Source: Lachnospiraceae bacterium
GTDB taxonomy: Bacteria; Bacillota; Clostridia; Lachnospirales; Lachnospiraceae
Assembly (NCBI GenBank): GCA_045603305.1
Contig: JAZULV010000004.1
Location: forward strand, 1 to 52,041
Length of the DNA: 52,041 nt
Reading direction: 5' to 3'
The notes beneath the pieces were generated by a model, which had not been told where the DNA came from, did no database searches, and was given only the letters and a program-made list of their open reading frames with translations. Shown piece after piece: positions 9,718 through 19,177 of this stretch; within the stretch, counting starts at the first letter, position 1, and every line of letters starts with the position of its first letter. A program made the translations under genes and the position numbers.

Positions 9718-10527
9718 TTATCTGAAGGCATCAATAATATCACTTTCTTCATTGCCCACCGGTTCATCTGAACCAAATGTCTCTTCTTGTGCACCCTGTG
9801 TCTCAACAACAGAATCTCCTGCCTCACCAATAACCATAGCATTGATTACTGCAGTTACAACCTTTTCCGAATCATAAACCATACCTTCCTCTGATACACA
9901 GCTTTCAATAGATATGGCCACATATGAATCTGCTGCCGCTACATATGTCCATGCGTATGTCTCGTAAAAATGACTGGAATATGCAGGATAGTAAGACTCA
10001 AAGTATGACACCTCTATACCGTCAACATTAATAGTCTTTTCATCACCAATAGAAAACTCTCCGTAATCCTCATTATCCTTGACATATTCTTCGAAGCTCT
10101 CTACATCTGACTTGTAGTACACATAAGGATCACCATCCATATATTCAGCTTTATCAGCAGTAATATAAATACTGTCAGCATCTGTATCGTAATCTATTCC
10201 ATCATACACAAGAACAGTTGAGTCAGAATATTCAGGATCATATTCATACCCGTCTACTTCTCCAAAAGTTGCTACATACGCATCATCCCAGTTAAATAAT
10301 GCGGCCGGCAACGGATATAATTCCACTTCCTCATCATTATCCGGAACATAAATATCATCCATATCGATGTCAATGTCAGCTTCGAATGTTGCATTTTCAA
10401 GCTCATCCTCAATTTCTGCAACCTGTGATTCCACCTGATCAATAATGTCTGTAACTGCTGAACATGAACACATAATACATGCCATAAGCAGTGCAACTAC
10501 AGATACTAAAACTTTAATTCTATTCAT
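9718..10527 (-). CDS. Putative lipoprotein, strongly acidic (D/E/Y-rich)
   Basis: The start was moved to MNRIKVLVSVVALLMACIMCSCSA (a signal peptide with a Cys-rich lipobox-like region) because a GGAGGA RBS sits 7 nt upstream. The body is dominated by Asp/Glu/Tyr. Confidence 0.5.
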   Translation of the reverse strand: MNRIKVLVSVVALLMACIMCSCSAVTDIIDQVESQVAEIEDELENATFEADIDIDMDDIYVPDNDEEVELYPLPAALFNWDDAYVATFGEVDGYEYDPEYSDSTVLVYDGIDYDTDADSIYITADKAEYMDGDPYVYYKSDVESFEEYVKDNEDYGEFSIGDEKTINVDGIEVSYFESYYPAYSSHFYETYAWTYVAAADSYVAISIESCVSEEGMVYDSEKVVTAVINAMVIGEAGDSVVETQGAQEETFGSDEPVGNEESDIIDAFR

Positions 10528-10736
10528 AAACATATCCTCCATCTTTTTTATGATATATACTCTATCATTAATAAAAAATAATTTCAATATAAACGATTAA
10601 GAATGTAATATAAGTCCATTTATTATCACCACGGGCAATATACACATTAGCACCACCGGTAATGAAATGAACAACCCTTTTTAAGCATTGGGTGACATCC
10701 CATCCTTTTCGGTGGTGCTAATTCTACTTTTATTTA

Positions 10737-13013
10737 TTATTTAGAAACAAATGAATTTGCTGTGCTTCCCGGTGCTGCTTCACCCTTCTTCACAAGTACA
10801 ATTTCTATTCCTTCAAGTCTCTTTGCATATCCTGCTGTTCCTGCTGATGCTCCGTTCTTTGCCCAGCCTAACCATCCGTAACTCTGAGCGTGTACTCTGT
10901 AATATACATCATACTTCTGTGCCATCTCGCCGGTAAGGCGTATCTGGATTGCTTCAAGGCGCTTTGCCTCGCCACTTGTTCCACTGACTGCTCCGTTCCT
11001 TGCCCAGCCTAACCATCCAGAACTTTGAACATGAGTGCGATATTCAATATTTCCTGCAACCTCCTGTCCATCAAGCTTAATCTGAATTGCTTCAAGTCTC
11101 TTTGCCTGACCTTCTGTTCCGCTCATTGCACCATTCTGTGCCCAGTTATTCTCCCAACCGTAGGTCTGTACATGAGTACGATAATTTACATTTGCAATTT
11201 TTTCAATATATGCATTCTCAGTGCTTCCCGGTGCCGGTTTGCCTTTTTCTACAAGAACTATCTGTATACCTTCAAGTCTCTTTGCCAAACCTGCTGTTCC
11301 CGCTGATGCTCCGTTCTTTGCCCAGCCAAGCCAGCCATAGCTCTGTGCATGCACTCTGTAGTATATATCAAATTTTTCTGCCATACCTCCGGTAAGTCTG
11401 ATCTGGATTGCTTCAAGACGCTTCGCTTCGCCACTTGTTCCGCTTATCTCACCATTCCTAGCCCATTCATATTCCCAGCCATAACTCTGAATGTGGGTAC
11501 GATACTCAACACTGCCGTATGAAGAAATATTATCAAGCTTAATCTTAATTGCTTCAAGACGCTTTGCCTCGCCTTGTGTTCCACTCATCTCGCCATCTGC
11601 CGCCCATTCACTTTCCCAACCGTAGGTCTGGACATGAGTAGAGTACTGAACACTGTTAATTGGTAATTCAAGATCTACAAAAGTTATACTATCTGCTTCG
11701 GCAAACTGATGTACAACAGAATTTTTATAACCATAAATAGCTAAATCATAACAAACATTAAATGCATATTCACCTATGCTTGTAACACTGCGTGGTATCA
11801 TCATACTCTCCAAACTACGGCAACCTAGAAAAGCACATTTACCTATCGAGGTCACGCTATCCGGTATTATTACAGATGTCAAACTCTCACACTGACAAAA
11901 TGCATGGTCACCTATTGAAGTTACACTGTCTGGTATTGTTATACTCTCTAAGCTATAACAATTTTCAAATGTACTTTCACCTATACTTGTCACTCCATCA
12001 GGTATTGTTACACTAGTTAATTTGTAACAATTCTTAAACGCCCATTCACCTATTGAGGTTATGCTATCCGGTATTGCTATATTCTTTAAACCAGTACAAT
12101 TAAAAAATGCATTTCCACCTATAACTTTTACTCCATCCGGTATTGTCACTGTTGTCAAACTAGTACATCCGCTAAATGCGATTTCGCCTATACTTGTTGC
12201 ACTATCTGGTATTATTACCTCCACCAAACTATTACAATCGTTAAATGTTGCAGCCTCTATAACCGTTACTCCCTCTGGTATCATTATACTCGTCAAACTC
12301 TTACATTCAGCAAATGCCCATTCACCTATAGAGGTTACACTATCCGGTATATCTATACTTGTCAATTTTTCGCAATGAGCAAACGTATATCTTCCTATAC
12401 TTGTTACTCCTTCCGGTATTGTTATACTTATTGCTAAGCTGCTACAATTTAAAAATGCTCCTTGGCCAATAGAAGTTATAGTGTCAGGTATTGTTATGTT
12501 CACTAAACTACTGCAATTCTCAAATGCAAAATCACTTATATCTGTTGCCTTATCCGGCATCACCACCGTCGTCAAACCAGTGCAGTTTCTAAACATTTCC
12601 TCAGGTATTTCCATTACACTATCCGGTATATCTATACTTGTCAGACCACTACATCCATTAAACGCACCTTCGCCTATTGAAGTTACACTATCCGGTATTG
12701 TTACGCTTGCCAGATTAGTTTCCTTATAAAATGCTAAATCAGCTATACTTGTTACTTTCACTCCATCAATTTCTTCAGGTATCACAAGTTCTTCAATTTC
12801 AGAATCGCATCCTATAATTTCAATAGTGCCATCATCTTTGGTATAATAATATAATGGTATCTCCTCCGCGGCATACACTTTAGTACCTTCAGTTAGGTCT
12901 GCTACATTTGGCACTGATACCACTCTGCTTAAAACCAACAACAAAGCCATACATACAATGCCAGTTTTTCTGATTATACTGTTTTTACTTGATTTAAATC
13001 TACAATCTTTCAT
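10737..13013 (-). CDS. Cell-surface protein with BspA-type leucine-rich repeats (N-terminal half) and six ChW (clostridial hydrophobic-W) repeats (C-terminal half)
   Basis: It has a signal peptide. There are about 11 repeats of IPDSVTSIGEWAFxxCxxLTSxxIP, the LRR_5/BspA pattern. There are six copies of YRTHVQ(T/S)YGWxxxWAxNGxxSGTxGxAKRLEAIQIxL, the ChW pattern. RBS AGGAGAGGA lies upstream. Confidence 0.8.
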   Translation of the reverse strand: MKDCRFKSSKNSIIRKTGIVCMALLLVLSRVVSVPNVADLTEGTKVYAAEEIPLYYYTKDDGTIEIIGCDSEIEELVIPEEIDGVKVTSIADLAFYKETNLASVTIPDSVTSIGEGAFNGCSGLTSIDIPDSVMEIPEEMFRNCTGLTTVVMPDKATDISDFAFENCSSLVNITIPDTITSIGQGAFLNCSSLAISITIPEGVTSIGRYTFAHCEKLTSIDIPDSVTSIGEWAFAECKSLTSIMIPEGVTVIEAATFNDCNSLVEVIIPDSATSIGEIAFSGCTSLTTVTIPDGVKVIGGNAFFNCTGLKNIAIPDSITSIGEWAFKNCYKLTSVTIPDGVTSIGESTFENCYSLESITIPDSVTSIGDHAFCQCESLTSVIIPDSVTSIGKCAFLGCRSLESMMIPRSVTSIGEYAFNVCYDLAIYGYKNSVVHQFAEADSITFVDLELPINSVQYSTHVQTYGWESEWAADGEMSGTQGEAKRLEAIKIKLDNISSYGSVEYRTHIQSYGWEYEWARNGEISGTSGEAKRLEAIQIRLTGGMAEKFDIYYRVHAQSYGWLGWAKNGASAGTAGLAKRLEGIQIVLVEKGKPAPGSTENAYIEKIANVNYRTHVQTYGWENNWAQNGAMSGTEGQAKRLEAIQIKLDGQEVAGNIEYRTHVQSSGWLGWARNGAVSGTSGEAKRLEAIQIRLTGEMAQKYDVYYRVHAQSYGWLGWAKNGASAGTAGYAKRLEGIEIVLVKKGEAAPGSTANSFVSK

Positions 13014-13189
13014 TTACCCTTATCCTCTCCTTTTATTCTCTTTAGCTTAATATTTTGCCCTTAGCTAGACAAATGACTTATATAATTATAGCAAATAATT
13101 TCATATGCGCAACATAACAACCTACTAATTATACTCTTTTTTGTAAATAATTAATTCCGCGACTGGAGGTTTGTTTTTATGTAACATAA

Positions 13190-13256
13190 CAAAAACGGGA
13201 GCGTTGCTTCATAATACGATTTCTTTCAGAAAGCACTTATTTTGCAACATTCCCGT
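13190..13256 (-). terminator. Probable terminator of the flotillin gene: imperfect 13-bp stem (acgggaatgttgc / gcaacgctcccgt) followed by UUUUGUU
   Basis: Read directly off the sequence. The loop is long, about 36 nt. Confidence 0.35.
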
Positions 13257-13290
13257 CCTCAATTTATATACCCATATCCCCTGTATCTAA

Positions 13291-14700
13291 TTACTCCTGA
13301 ACCTCTTTGAAGTCCTCCGGCTGTGCCTCGACTGCCTGAACCTCTTCAACTTCCTTACCAAGGTATGTAGGAAGTTCCATGCCGGCCTGCTTGAAAAGTT
13401 CGTTCATAGGAGGAACTGCCTTCATCATGCCTGCGAGAAAATTAGCGGTTGTAGGGGTTCCGTCACCATTACCGTTCATAGAATCCCAAACTGTAACCTT
13501 GTCAATCTTAATATTCTTAATAGCTTCAACCTGAATCTGCATAAGATCCTGAAGCTTATCAGCAACGATAAGTTTAACAGCGTCGTCAGCATTGCCACCG
13601 GCTGCTGTTACGAGTTCACGCATACCTTCAGCCTGCTTTGAAAGCATCTCCTGGATACCCTTCGCCTGAGCCTCCATCTTAAGGTAAATAGCATCAGCCT
13701 CACCCTTAGCCTTACGTCTTGCAACTTCTGCCTCTGCCTCAGCTGCAATCTGAGCCTTCTCTTTATCAATCTGAGCCTTGATAATAATATCAGCCTGCTG
13801 GGTTGCTCTCTCGAGCTCTGCACGGGTCTGCTCTGCTTCCTTCTGAGCCATATATGCCTCTTCCTTAGCCTTAGCCTGCTGAACCGCCTCAGCTGCTGTC
13901 GCTTTCTTAAGAGCCTCAGCCTCTGCCTCACGTCTTGATGCTTCAGACTGTGCTACCTGAATTCTCGCCTCATTCTCACCCTGGATAGCTGCTGCATTCG
14001 CTGCTGCAACCTGAATACGCTGTTCTCTTCTGGCATTAGCCTGACCGATCTCACCGTCCTTATCCTTCTCAGCAACGCTTCTCTTAGCATCGTTGATAGC
14101 CTTAGCAGCTGCTTCCTTACCAAGAGCATCAATATAACCTGACTCGTCATTGATATCGGTTACGTTAACGTTGATAAGTCTTAAACCAATCTTCTTCAAC
14201 TCAATCTCTACATTGTTAGAAACTGCAACAAGGAACTTGTCACGGTCTGCGTTAATCTCTTCAATGTCCATAGTAGCGATAACAAGACGAAGCTGACCAA
14301 GAACGATATCCTTTGCAAGCTCCTGAATCTCATTCATCTTAAGACCAAGAAGTCTCTCTGCTGCATTCTGCATAATGCCCGGCTCTGTAGAAATACCAAC
14401 GGTAAATCTTGAAGGTACATCAATACGGATGTTCTGCTTTGAAAGGGCGTTCTTTAAATCTACATTAATAGAAATAGGTGTAAGATCCATGTACTGGTAT
14501 GACTGGATAACCGGCACGATAAATGCTGCACCACCGTGGATACACTTCGCTGAACGAGTCTGACCCTCTTTATCACTTCCAACCTTACCGTAGATAACGA
14601 GAACCTTATCTGACGGACACTTTCTGTATCTGGATAATATCCAGAGCAAACACGCAAATACAATAACTACAAGTACACAAATCAAAATTAACCATTCCAT
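13291..14700 (-). CDS. Flotillin-like SPFH/band-7 protein (FloT/YuaG family)
   Basis: 469 aa with an N-terminal TM segment and an SPFH core, followed by a long Ala/Glu/Gln-rich coiled-coil (EA repeats, AEAEAEVARRKAKGEADAIYLKMEAQAKG). RBS AGAGAGAGG lies upstream. Confidence 0.85.
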   Translation of the reverse strand: MEWLILICVLVVIVFACLLWILSRYRKCPSDKVLVIYGKVGSDKEGQTRSAKCIHGGAAFIVPVIQSYQYMDLTPISINVDLKNALSKQNIRIDVPSRFTVGISTEPGIMQNAAERLLGLKMNEIQELAKDIVLGQLRLVIATMDIEEINADRDKFLVAVSNNVEIELKKIGLRLINVNVTDINDESGYIDALGKEAAAKAINDAKRSVAEKDKDGEIGQANARREQRIQVAAANAAAIQGENEARIQVAQSEASRREAEAEALKKATAAEAVQQAKAKEEAYMAQKEAEQTRAELERATQQADIIIKAQIDKEKAQIAAEAEAEVARRKAKGEADAIYLKMEAQAKGIQEMLSKQAEGMRELVTAAGGNADDAVKLIVADKLQDLMQIQVEAIKNIKIDKVTVWDSMNGNGDGTPTTANFLAGMMKAVPPMNELFKQAGMELPTYLGKEVEEVQAVEAQPEDFKEVQE

Positions 14701-14728
14701 ATAAATACCTCTCTCTTTATTTTTCTAT

Positions 14729-15412
14729 CTATAACGACCTCTCTACTACAAGTGTGTTTCCGATAATGTCAATCACACGCACACTTGCTCCGGTAGGTAT
14801 CGTTTCAAGATCTTCTGTAACTGCTTCGCACTCGCGAAAGCTTCCCTGTATGGTAATATTAATCTTACCAACTCCCTGACCCTTAGGCGGTACCGGTATG
14901 TACACTGTACCTTCAACTCCTAAAGCGTTCCTATAATTTAACGTACCGTTCTGAGTCAGTCGCTTAATAGACTGGAACAGCTTTGCCATACCATACATAA
15001 CTATGAATCCGGCAGCAAATCCTATGACTGTAGCAACAAGAATATGTACTCCATTATGATAGCAGATAAGTGATACCCAGCCAAACACCGCAAGAAATGC
15101 AACCATTCCCTGAAGGGTAAATAACTTAAGTGCAGGTAAATCAGCAGGATTACCACCCTTGTCAAGAGCAATGTCATCACCTACATCAATGTCGGTATCG
15201 AAATCAATATCAATATCAAAATCTGTATCCACGTCTGTATCAAAATCTATACCCGATGTATCACTGGGATTAATTCCTTCTCCACCGTCTCCGCCGCCTA
15301 TTACCATAATAAGAGTATCAATCAGCATGATAAGAGTCGATGGAATAGCAATACAGTACAAAATCTTCTCAATTAATATCAAACCATCCCACCAATTGTT
15401 AAGCCACTCCAT
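14729..15412 (-). CDS. NfeD-like membrane protein, the flotillin operon partner (YuaF-like)
   Basis: The start was moved to MEWLNNWW because GGAGGT lies 6 nt upstream. It has several TM helices, an acidic D-x-D repeat linker (DFDTDVDTDFDIDIDFDTDIDVGDD) and a C-terminal OB-like beta domain (VRVIDIIGNTLVVE). It sits immediately upstream of the flotillin gene. Confidence 0.75.
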   Translation of the reverse strand: MEWLNNWWDGLILIEKILYCIAIPSTLIMLIDTLIMVIGGGDGGEGINPSDTSGIDFDTDVDTDFDIDIDFDTDIDVGDDIALDKGGNPADLPALKLFTLQGMVAFLAVFGWVSLICYHNGVHILVATVIGFAAGFIVMYGMAKLFQSIKRLTQNGTLNYRNALGVEGTVYIPVPPKGQGVGKINITIQGSFRECEAVTEDLETIPTGASVRVIDIIGNTLVVERSL

Positions 15413-15970
15413 AAGTATACCTCCGAATCGCTTCATGTAAATAACATTTACTTAATTATAACACCCTAAGGTCAGTTGTCAATGAATTTTAATGTTATTT
15501 TTATTTTTTATACATTAATTCGACTTAATTTATTTAGAAATGCATATTGATTTATGTTAATATATCTGCTAAACTTACATTAACGTAAATAAAATTTACA
15601 ACACGGTTGTTAAAGGCACTGTAACACTCTGCTTCGTAGCAGAATATGCACATTAACTACTGCTTACAGAGTTTATAATGCATATAACAACCCGCTTGCA
15701 ACACTATTTGTGTTTTATGAAAACATGGAGATTAGTGTGAAACTAGAGCTGCGCAAACGCAATCCTCGTGCTAGCACGCAGAATTGCGGATATTTGGCGA
15801 ATGTACAGTATGAGTAACGTAAAGCGTTAGCTTGAAGTTACGAATGCAGAAAAACTGTCACTGGCAGTTTTTCTTCATACTTTGGTATACAGGCGGGTGC
15901 GGTAGCTTCTTCAGAAGCGGAGCAACCGAGTTTCATCACTATTGGTGTTAATTAAAACATGGAGGATCAT

Positions 15971-16541
15971 TATGAACAGTATTGAACTAGGTAAGAAAAT
16001 ACGCGAGATAAGAATTTCAAAACATATGACTCAGAACGATGTGGCAGGTACATTTATCACCCGTAACATGCTCAGCCAGATTGAGAATGGTGTCGCATAT
16101 CCTTCGATAAAGACCCTCGAACACATTGCCAACGTTCTTGATGTTCCTTTAGAGCAGCTTGTGTCAATTGATACCATAGCAGAGAGTCCTGATTACCATG
16201 CAGGTGCCGGAACCGGTCTTACAACCGGCAAGCCGGGCACTACCGACTACCTTAACATTTTATCCTCTGCCAAGGGCATGTATAAGTCTAAGAAGTATAC
16301 CGAAGCAGTAACCCTTCTTGCTGACTGCACCAAGAAGAGCAGTCCTATTTATGACGAAGTCAATGCACTGCTTGCTATGTCCTATTATGAATTAGCGAAG
16401 CTTTCCCAGCGAAGCGGAGACACAACCGGTGCCGCAGCCTATGCCCGTCAGGCTGTAGAGTTTTCCGGTATCGGTATTTATGCCAGCGATGAACTGATGA
16501 TGAAGGCATTCAAGATTATCAAAGGTTCGGACAGCATATAG
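15971..16541 (+). CDS. XRE-family HTH transcriptional regulator with a C-terminal helical (TPR-like) domain
   Basis: ATG at 15971 preceded by GGAGGA. The HTH reads MNSIELGKKIREIRISKHMTQNDVAGTFITRNMLSQIENG. Confidence 0.7.
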
Positions 16542-16619
16542 AGCATATGTTTTTCAACAGTTGACAACTTGTTTTGTCTATTGATTCAATTATCATAGTA
16601 TTACTATTGGAGAGGACCA

Positions 16620-17035
16620 TGGCGAGACAATTAATCACCGTATACACTTCCCGGAACAGGGAGCAACTTGATTTACTTTTGAATAACTATTTTTATAAGA
16701 ACAACTACTCTTTAGCAACTGTTAATGACGAAGTTGTTATAAAAAAGAACAATCTCTTCGGATTTATCAGCTCCCACTATATCAGAATATATTATAGAAA
16801 GAGCAGCCTATTGATTGAAGGATGGTTTACCGCCTCCGGCAAGGATTACGGTCTTGATGACGGCATCATGTATTCTGAGAAGCATCGGGCATTAAGCCAG
16901 AGCATCGAGGCTATTGTGTCTTTACTTAATACTGCAGGTATGACGGTGGAGAACGGCACAATAGAACGTGGACAAGCAATTGATTATATTGCTGAGTATG
17001 AATTTAAGAAGCCTGAGAAACATATGAGCATATAA
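16620..17035 (+). CDS. Hypothetical protein
   Basis: ATG at 16620 (MARQLITVY...) preceded by GGAGAGGA. No motif was recognised. Confidence 0.45.
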
Positions 17036-17068
17036 CCTTTACAAAGATAATAAAAGAGGTGCATAGTA

Positions 17069-17551
17069 ATGACTCTATATGAAATTAAGTTCGAACTTCC
17101 ACTTTTCTTTCTAATACTTTTACTTGTATATGTATTAACCGGCTCCGGTTACTTTATAGAAAGAATAGTTGCCCGTCAGCTTGACTTAAAATATAACCGT
17201 AAGGTCAGAAAAACGAGTTTCATAATTTTTCTTGTAATTGCAGTTGTTTCTCTTTCAAGTATGTTTATATATCACTTATCTGCATACCTAAGAGCTGCCA
17301 GCCTATATAAATCCGGAGATTATAAAGTAGCAGAAGGTTTTGTAGAAAATTTCACCTCCGGCGAAGATGAGAGCTTTGATATAAATGATATACACTTTTC
17401 ATATTCCAATGCAAAAATCACTCAAGGCTACCACACACTTAAGGATAAGGGCGGTGTCATTACAGGAGATGGCCAATATCTGAGAATTGGATATGTAAAC
17501 TATGGATTTTCTTCTGATAATATTATTGTATATATTGAAGAATTAAAGTAA
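17069..17551 (+). CDS. Hypothetical membrane protein with two N-terminal TM helices
   Basis: RBS AAGAGGTG. TM segments are LPLFFLILLLVYVLTG and FIIFLVIAVVSLSSMFIY. Confidence 0.5.
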   Translation: MTLYEIKFELPLFFLILLLVYVLTGSGYFIERIVARQLDLKYNRKVRKTSFIIFLVIAVVSLSSMFIYHLSAYLRAASLYKSGDYKVAEGFVENFTSGEDESFDINDIHFSYSNAKITQGYHTLKDKGGVITGDGQYLRIGYVNYGFSSDNIIVYIEELK

Positions 17552-17565
17552 TTATAAACAAACTA

Positions 17566-17600
17566 AGCCATGCTGACAAACTCCGGCATGGCTTTAGTAT
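17566..17600 (+). terminator. Intrinsic terminator-like hairpin: agccatgc / gcatggct 8-bp stem with a 12-nt loop, then a T-rich tail
   Basis: Read directly off the sequence. It lies between the convergent 160-aa gene and gatB. Confidence 0.4.
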
Positions 17601-17692
17601 TCACATCATCTATCTTAATTGAATGCTTAATTCTTTTCCCAGACACTTTGCAACCTTAATGAGCATTTCAAAGCCACATCTTGTAAAGCCTT

Positions 17693-19132
17693 TTATTTTG
17701 TATTTAATATCTCAATAACCAATTTATTCACCGCCCCCGGGTCAGCCTTGCCCTTCATCGCCCTCATTGTCTGACCAACAATAAAGCCCATAGCTTTTGT
17801 CTTACCACTACGATAATCCTGAACCGACTGCGGGTTATTTAGCAATATCTCTTTTATTACAGCACGCAGCTCATCCTCGTTTGAAACCATTCCGAGGTCC
17901 TTTTCTTCAACATATACTTCAGGATCGATATTTTCAGTAAACATAACTTCAAAAATTTCCTTAGCTATGGTGCGGTTAATCTTTCCTCCTTCAACCAAAC
18001 CAATCAGTTTTGCAAGGTTTTCAGGCGAAAACTTAATTTCCTCCGGTTCCTGGTTCTGCTCCTTTAAAAGCCTCATAGTCTCAACCATCAGCCAGTTAGA
18101 AACCTCCTTAGGCTTGCAGCCAAGCTCTATGGTCTCCTCAAATATGTCAGCCATTTTCTTAGAAGAGGTAATAATATCAATATCATAATCCGGAATATCA
18201 TACTCTGCTTTATAACGACTGCGTTTTTCGTCACGAAGCTCCGGCTGATTTGCCCTGATGCTCTCAATCCACTCATCACTGATTACAATCGGTACAAGGT
18301 CCGGCTCAGGGAAGTAACGATAATCCTTGGCATCCTCCTTTGAACGCATGGAATAGGAACGGCCTTCCTTATCGTCCCAGCGTCTTGTCTCCATGGTGAC
18401 TTTCTCGCCACCGAGGATAAGTGCTATCTGGCGGTTTCGCTCTCCCTCAATTGCCCTTGAAATTGCCCTAAAGGAATTTAAGTTCTTCATCTCTGTTCTG
18501 GTTCCAAGTTCTTTTGCACCAGCCTCACGCACTGACAAATTCACGTCAACACGCATTGAACCCTCCTGAAGCTTACAGTCAGACGCTCCAAGGTACTGTA
18601 TTATAAGTCTAAGCTTCTCAAGATAAGCAATAACCTCGTCAGCAGAACGCATATCCGGCTTGGAGACTATTTCAATAAGAGGTACACCGCTTCTGTTATA
18701 ATCTATTAATGTACAATTCACCAGCTCATCATGCAAAAGCTTGCCCGCATCCTCTTCCATATGAATTTCGTGGATACCTATTATCTTGCTACCGGCTTCA
18801 GTTTCTATTTCGATTCCGCCGTCATAACAAATCGGAATATAGAGCTGGGATATCTGGTAGTTCTGTGGATTGTCAGGATAAAAATAATTCTTTCTGTCAA
18901 ATTTACAATACTGATTAATCTTGCAGTTCGTAGCCAGACCAACTGCAAGAGCATATTCAACCACCTGCTTATTAAGCACCGGCAGCGAGCCCGGCATACC
19001 TGTACACACAGGGCAGGTGTGACTGTTCGGTGCTCCGCCAAAAGCAGTGCTACAGCCGCAGAAAATCTTTGTCTTTGAGGCCAGCTCAACATGAACTTCA
19101 AGGCCTATGATTGTTTCATACTGTTTATTCAT
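17693..19132 (-). CDS. gatB: Asp-tRNA(Asn)/Glu-tRNA(Gln) amidotransferase subunit B
   Basis: 479 aa starting MNKQYETIIGLEVHVELASKTKIFCGCST. It has the canonical GatB N-terminus and a C-terminal YqeY-like domain. Confidence 0.95.
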   Translation of the reverse strand: MNKQYETIIGLEVHVELASKTKIFCGCSTAFGGAPNSHTCPVCTGMPGSLPVLNKQVVEYALAVGLATNCKINQYCKFDRKNYFYPDNPQNYQISQLYIPICYDGGIEIETEAGSKIIGIHEIHMEEDAGKLLHDELVNCTLIDYNRSGVPLIEIVSKPDMRSADEVIAYLEKLRLIIQYLGASDCKLQEGSMRVDVNLSVREAGAKELGTRTEMKNLNSFRAISRAIEGERNRQIALILGGEKVTMETRRWDDKEGRSYSMRSKEDAKDYRYFPEPDLVPIVISDEWIESIRANQPELRDEKRSRYKAEYDIPDYDIDIITSSKKMADIFEETIELGCKPKEVSNWLMVETMRLLKEQNQEPEEIKFSPENLAKLIGLVEGGKINRTIAKEIFEVMFTENIDPEVYVEEKDLGMVSNEDELRAVIKEILLNNPQSVQDYRSGKTKAMGFIVGQTMRAMKGKADPGAVNKLVIEILNTK

Positions 19133-19177
19133 CTTAACTCTCCATGATTTGGTTAAATCAAATTCATGATACCAGGG

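Noticed and set aside
11025-12729. Several plus-strand ORFs of 74-105 aa
   Set aside because: They are antisense to the LRR/ChW gene. Their periodic sequence derives from the LRR repeat DNA.
13608-14150. Arg/Leu-rich minus-strand ORFs of 107 and 65 aa, and plus-strand ORFs inside the flotillin gene
   Set aside because: These are alternative-frame readings of the Ala/Glu-rich coiled-coil coding region (GCT/GAA repeats). They are not independent genes.
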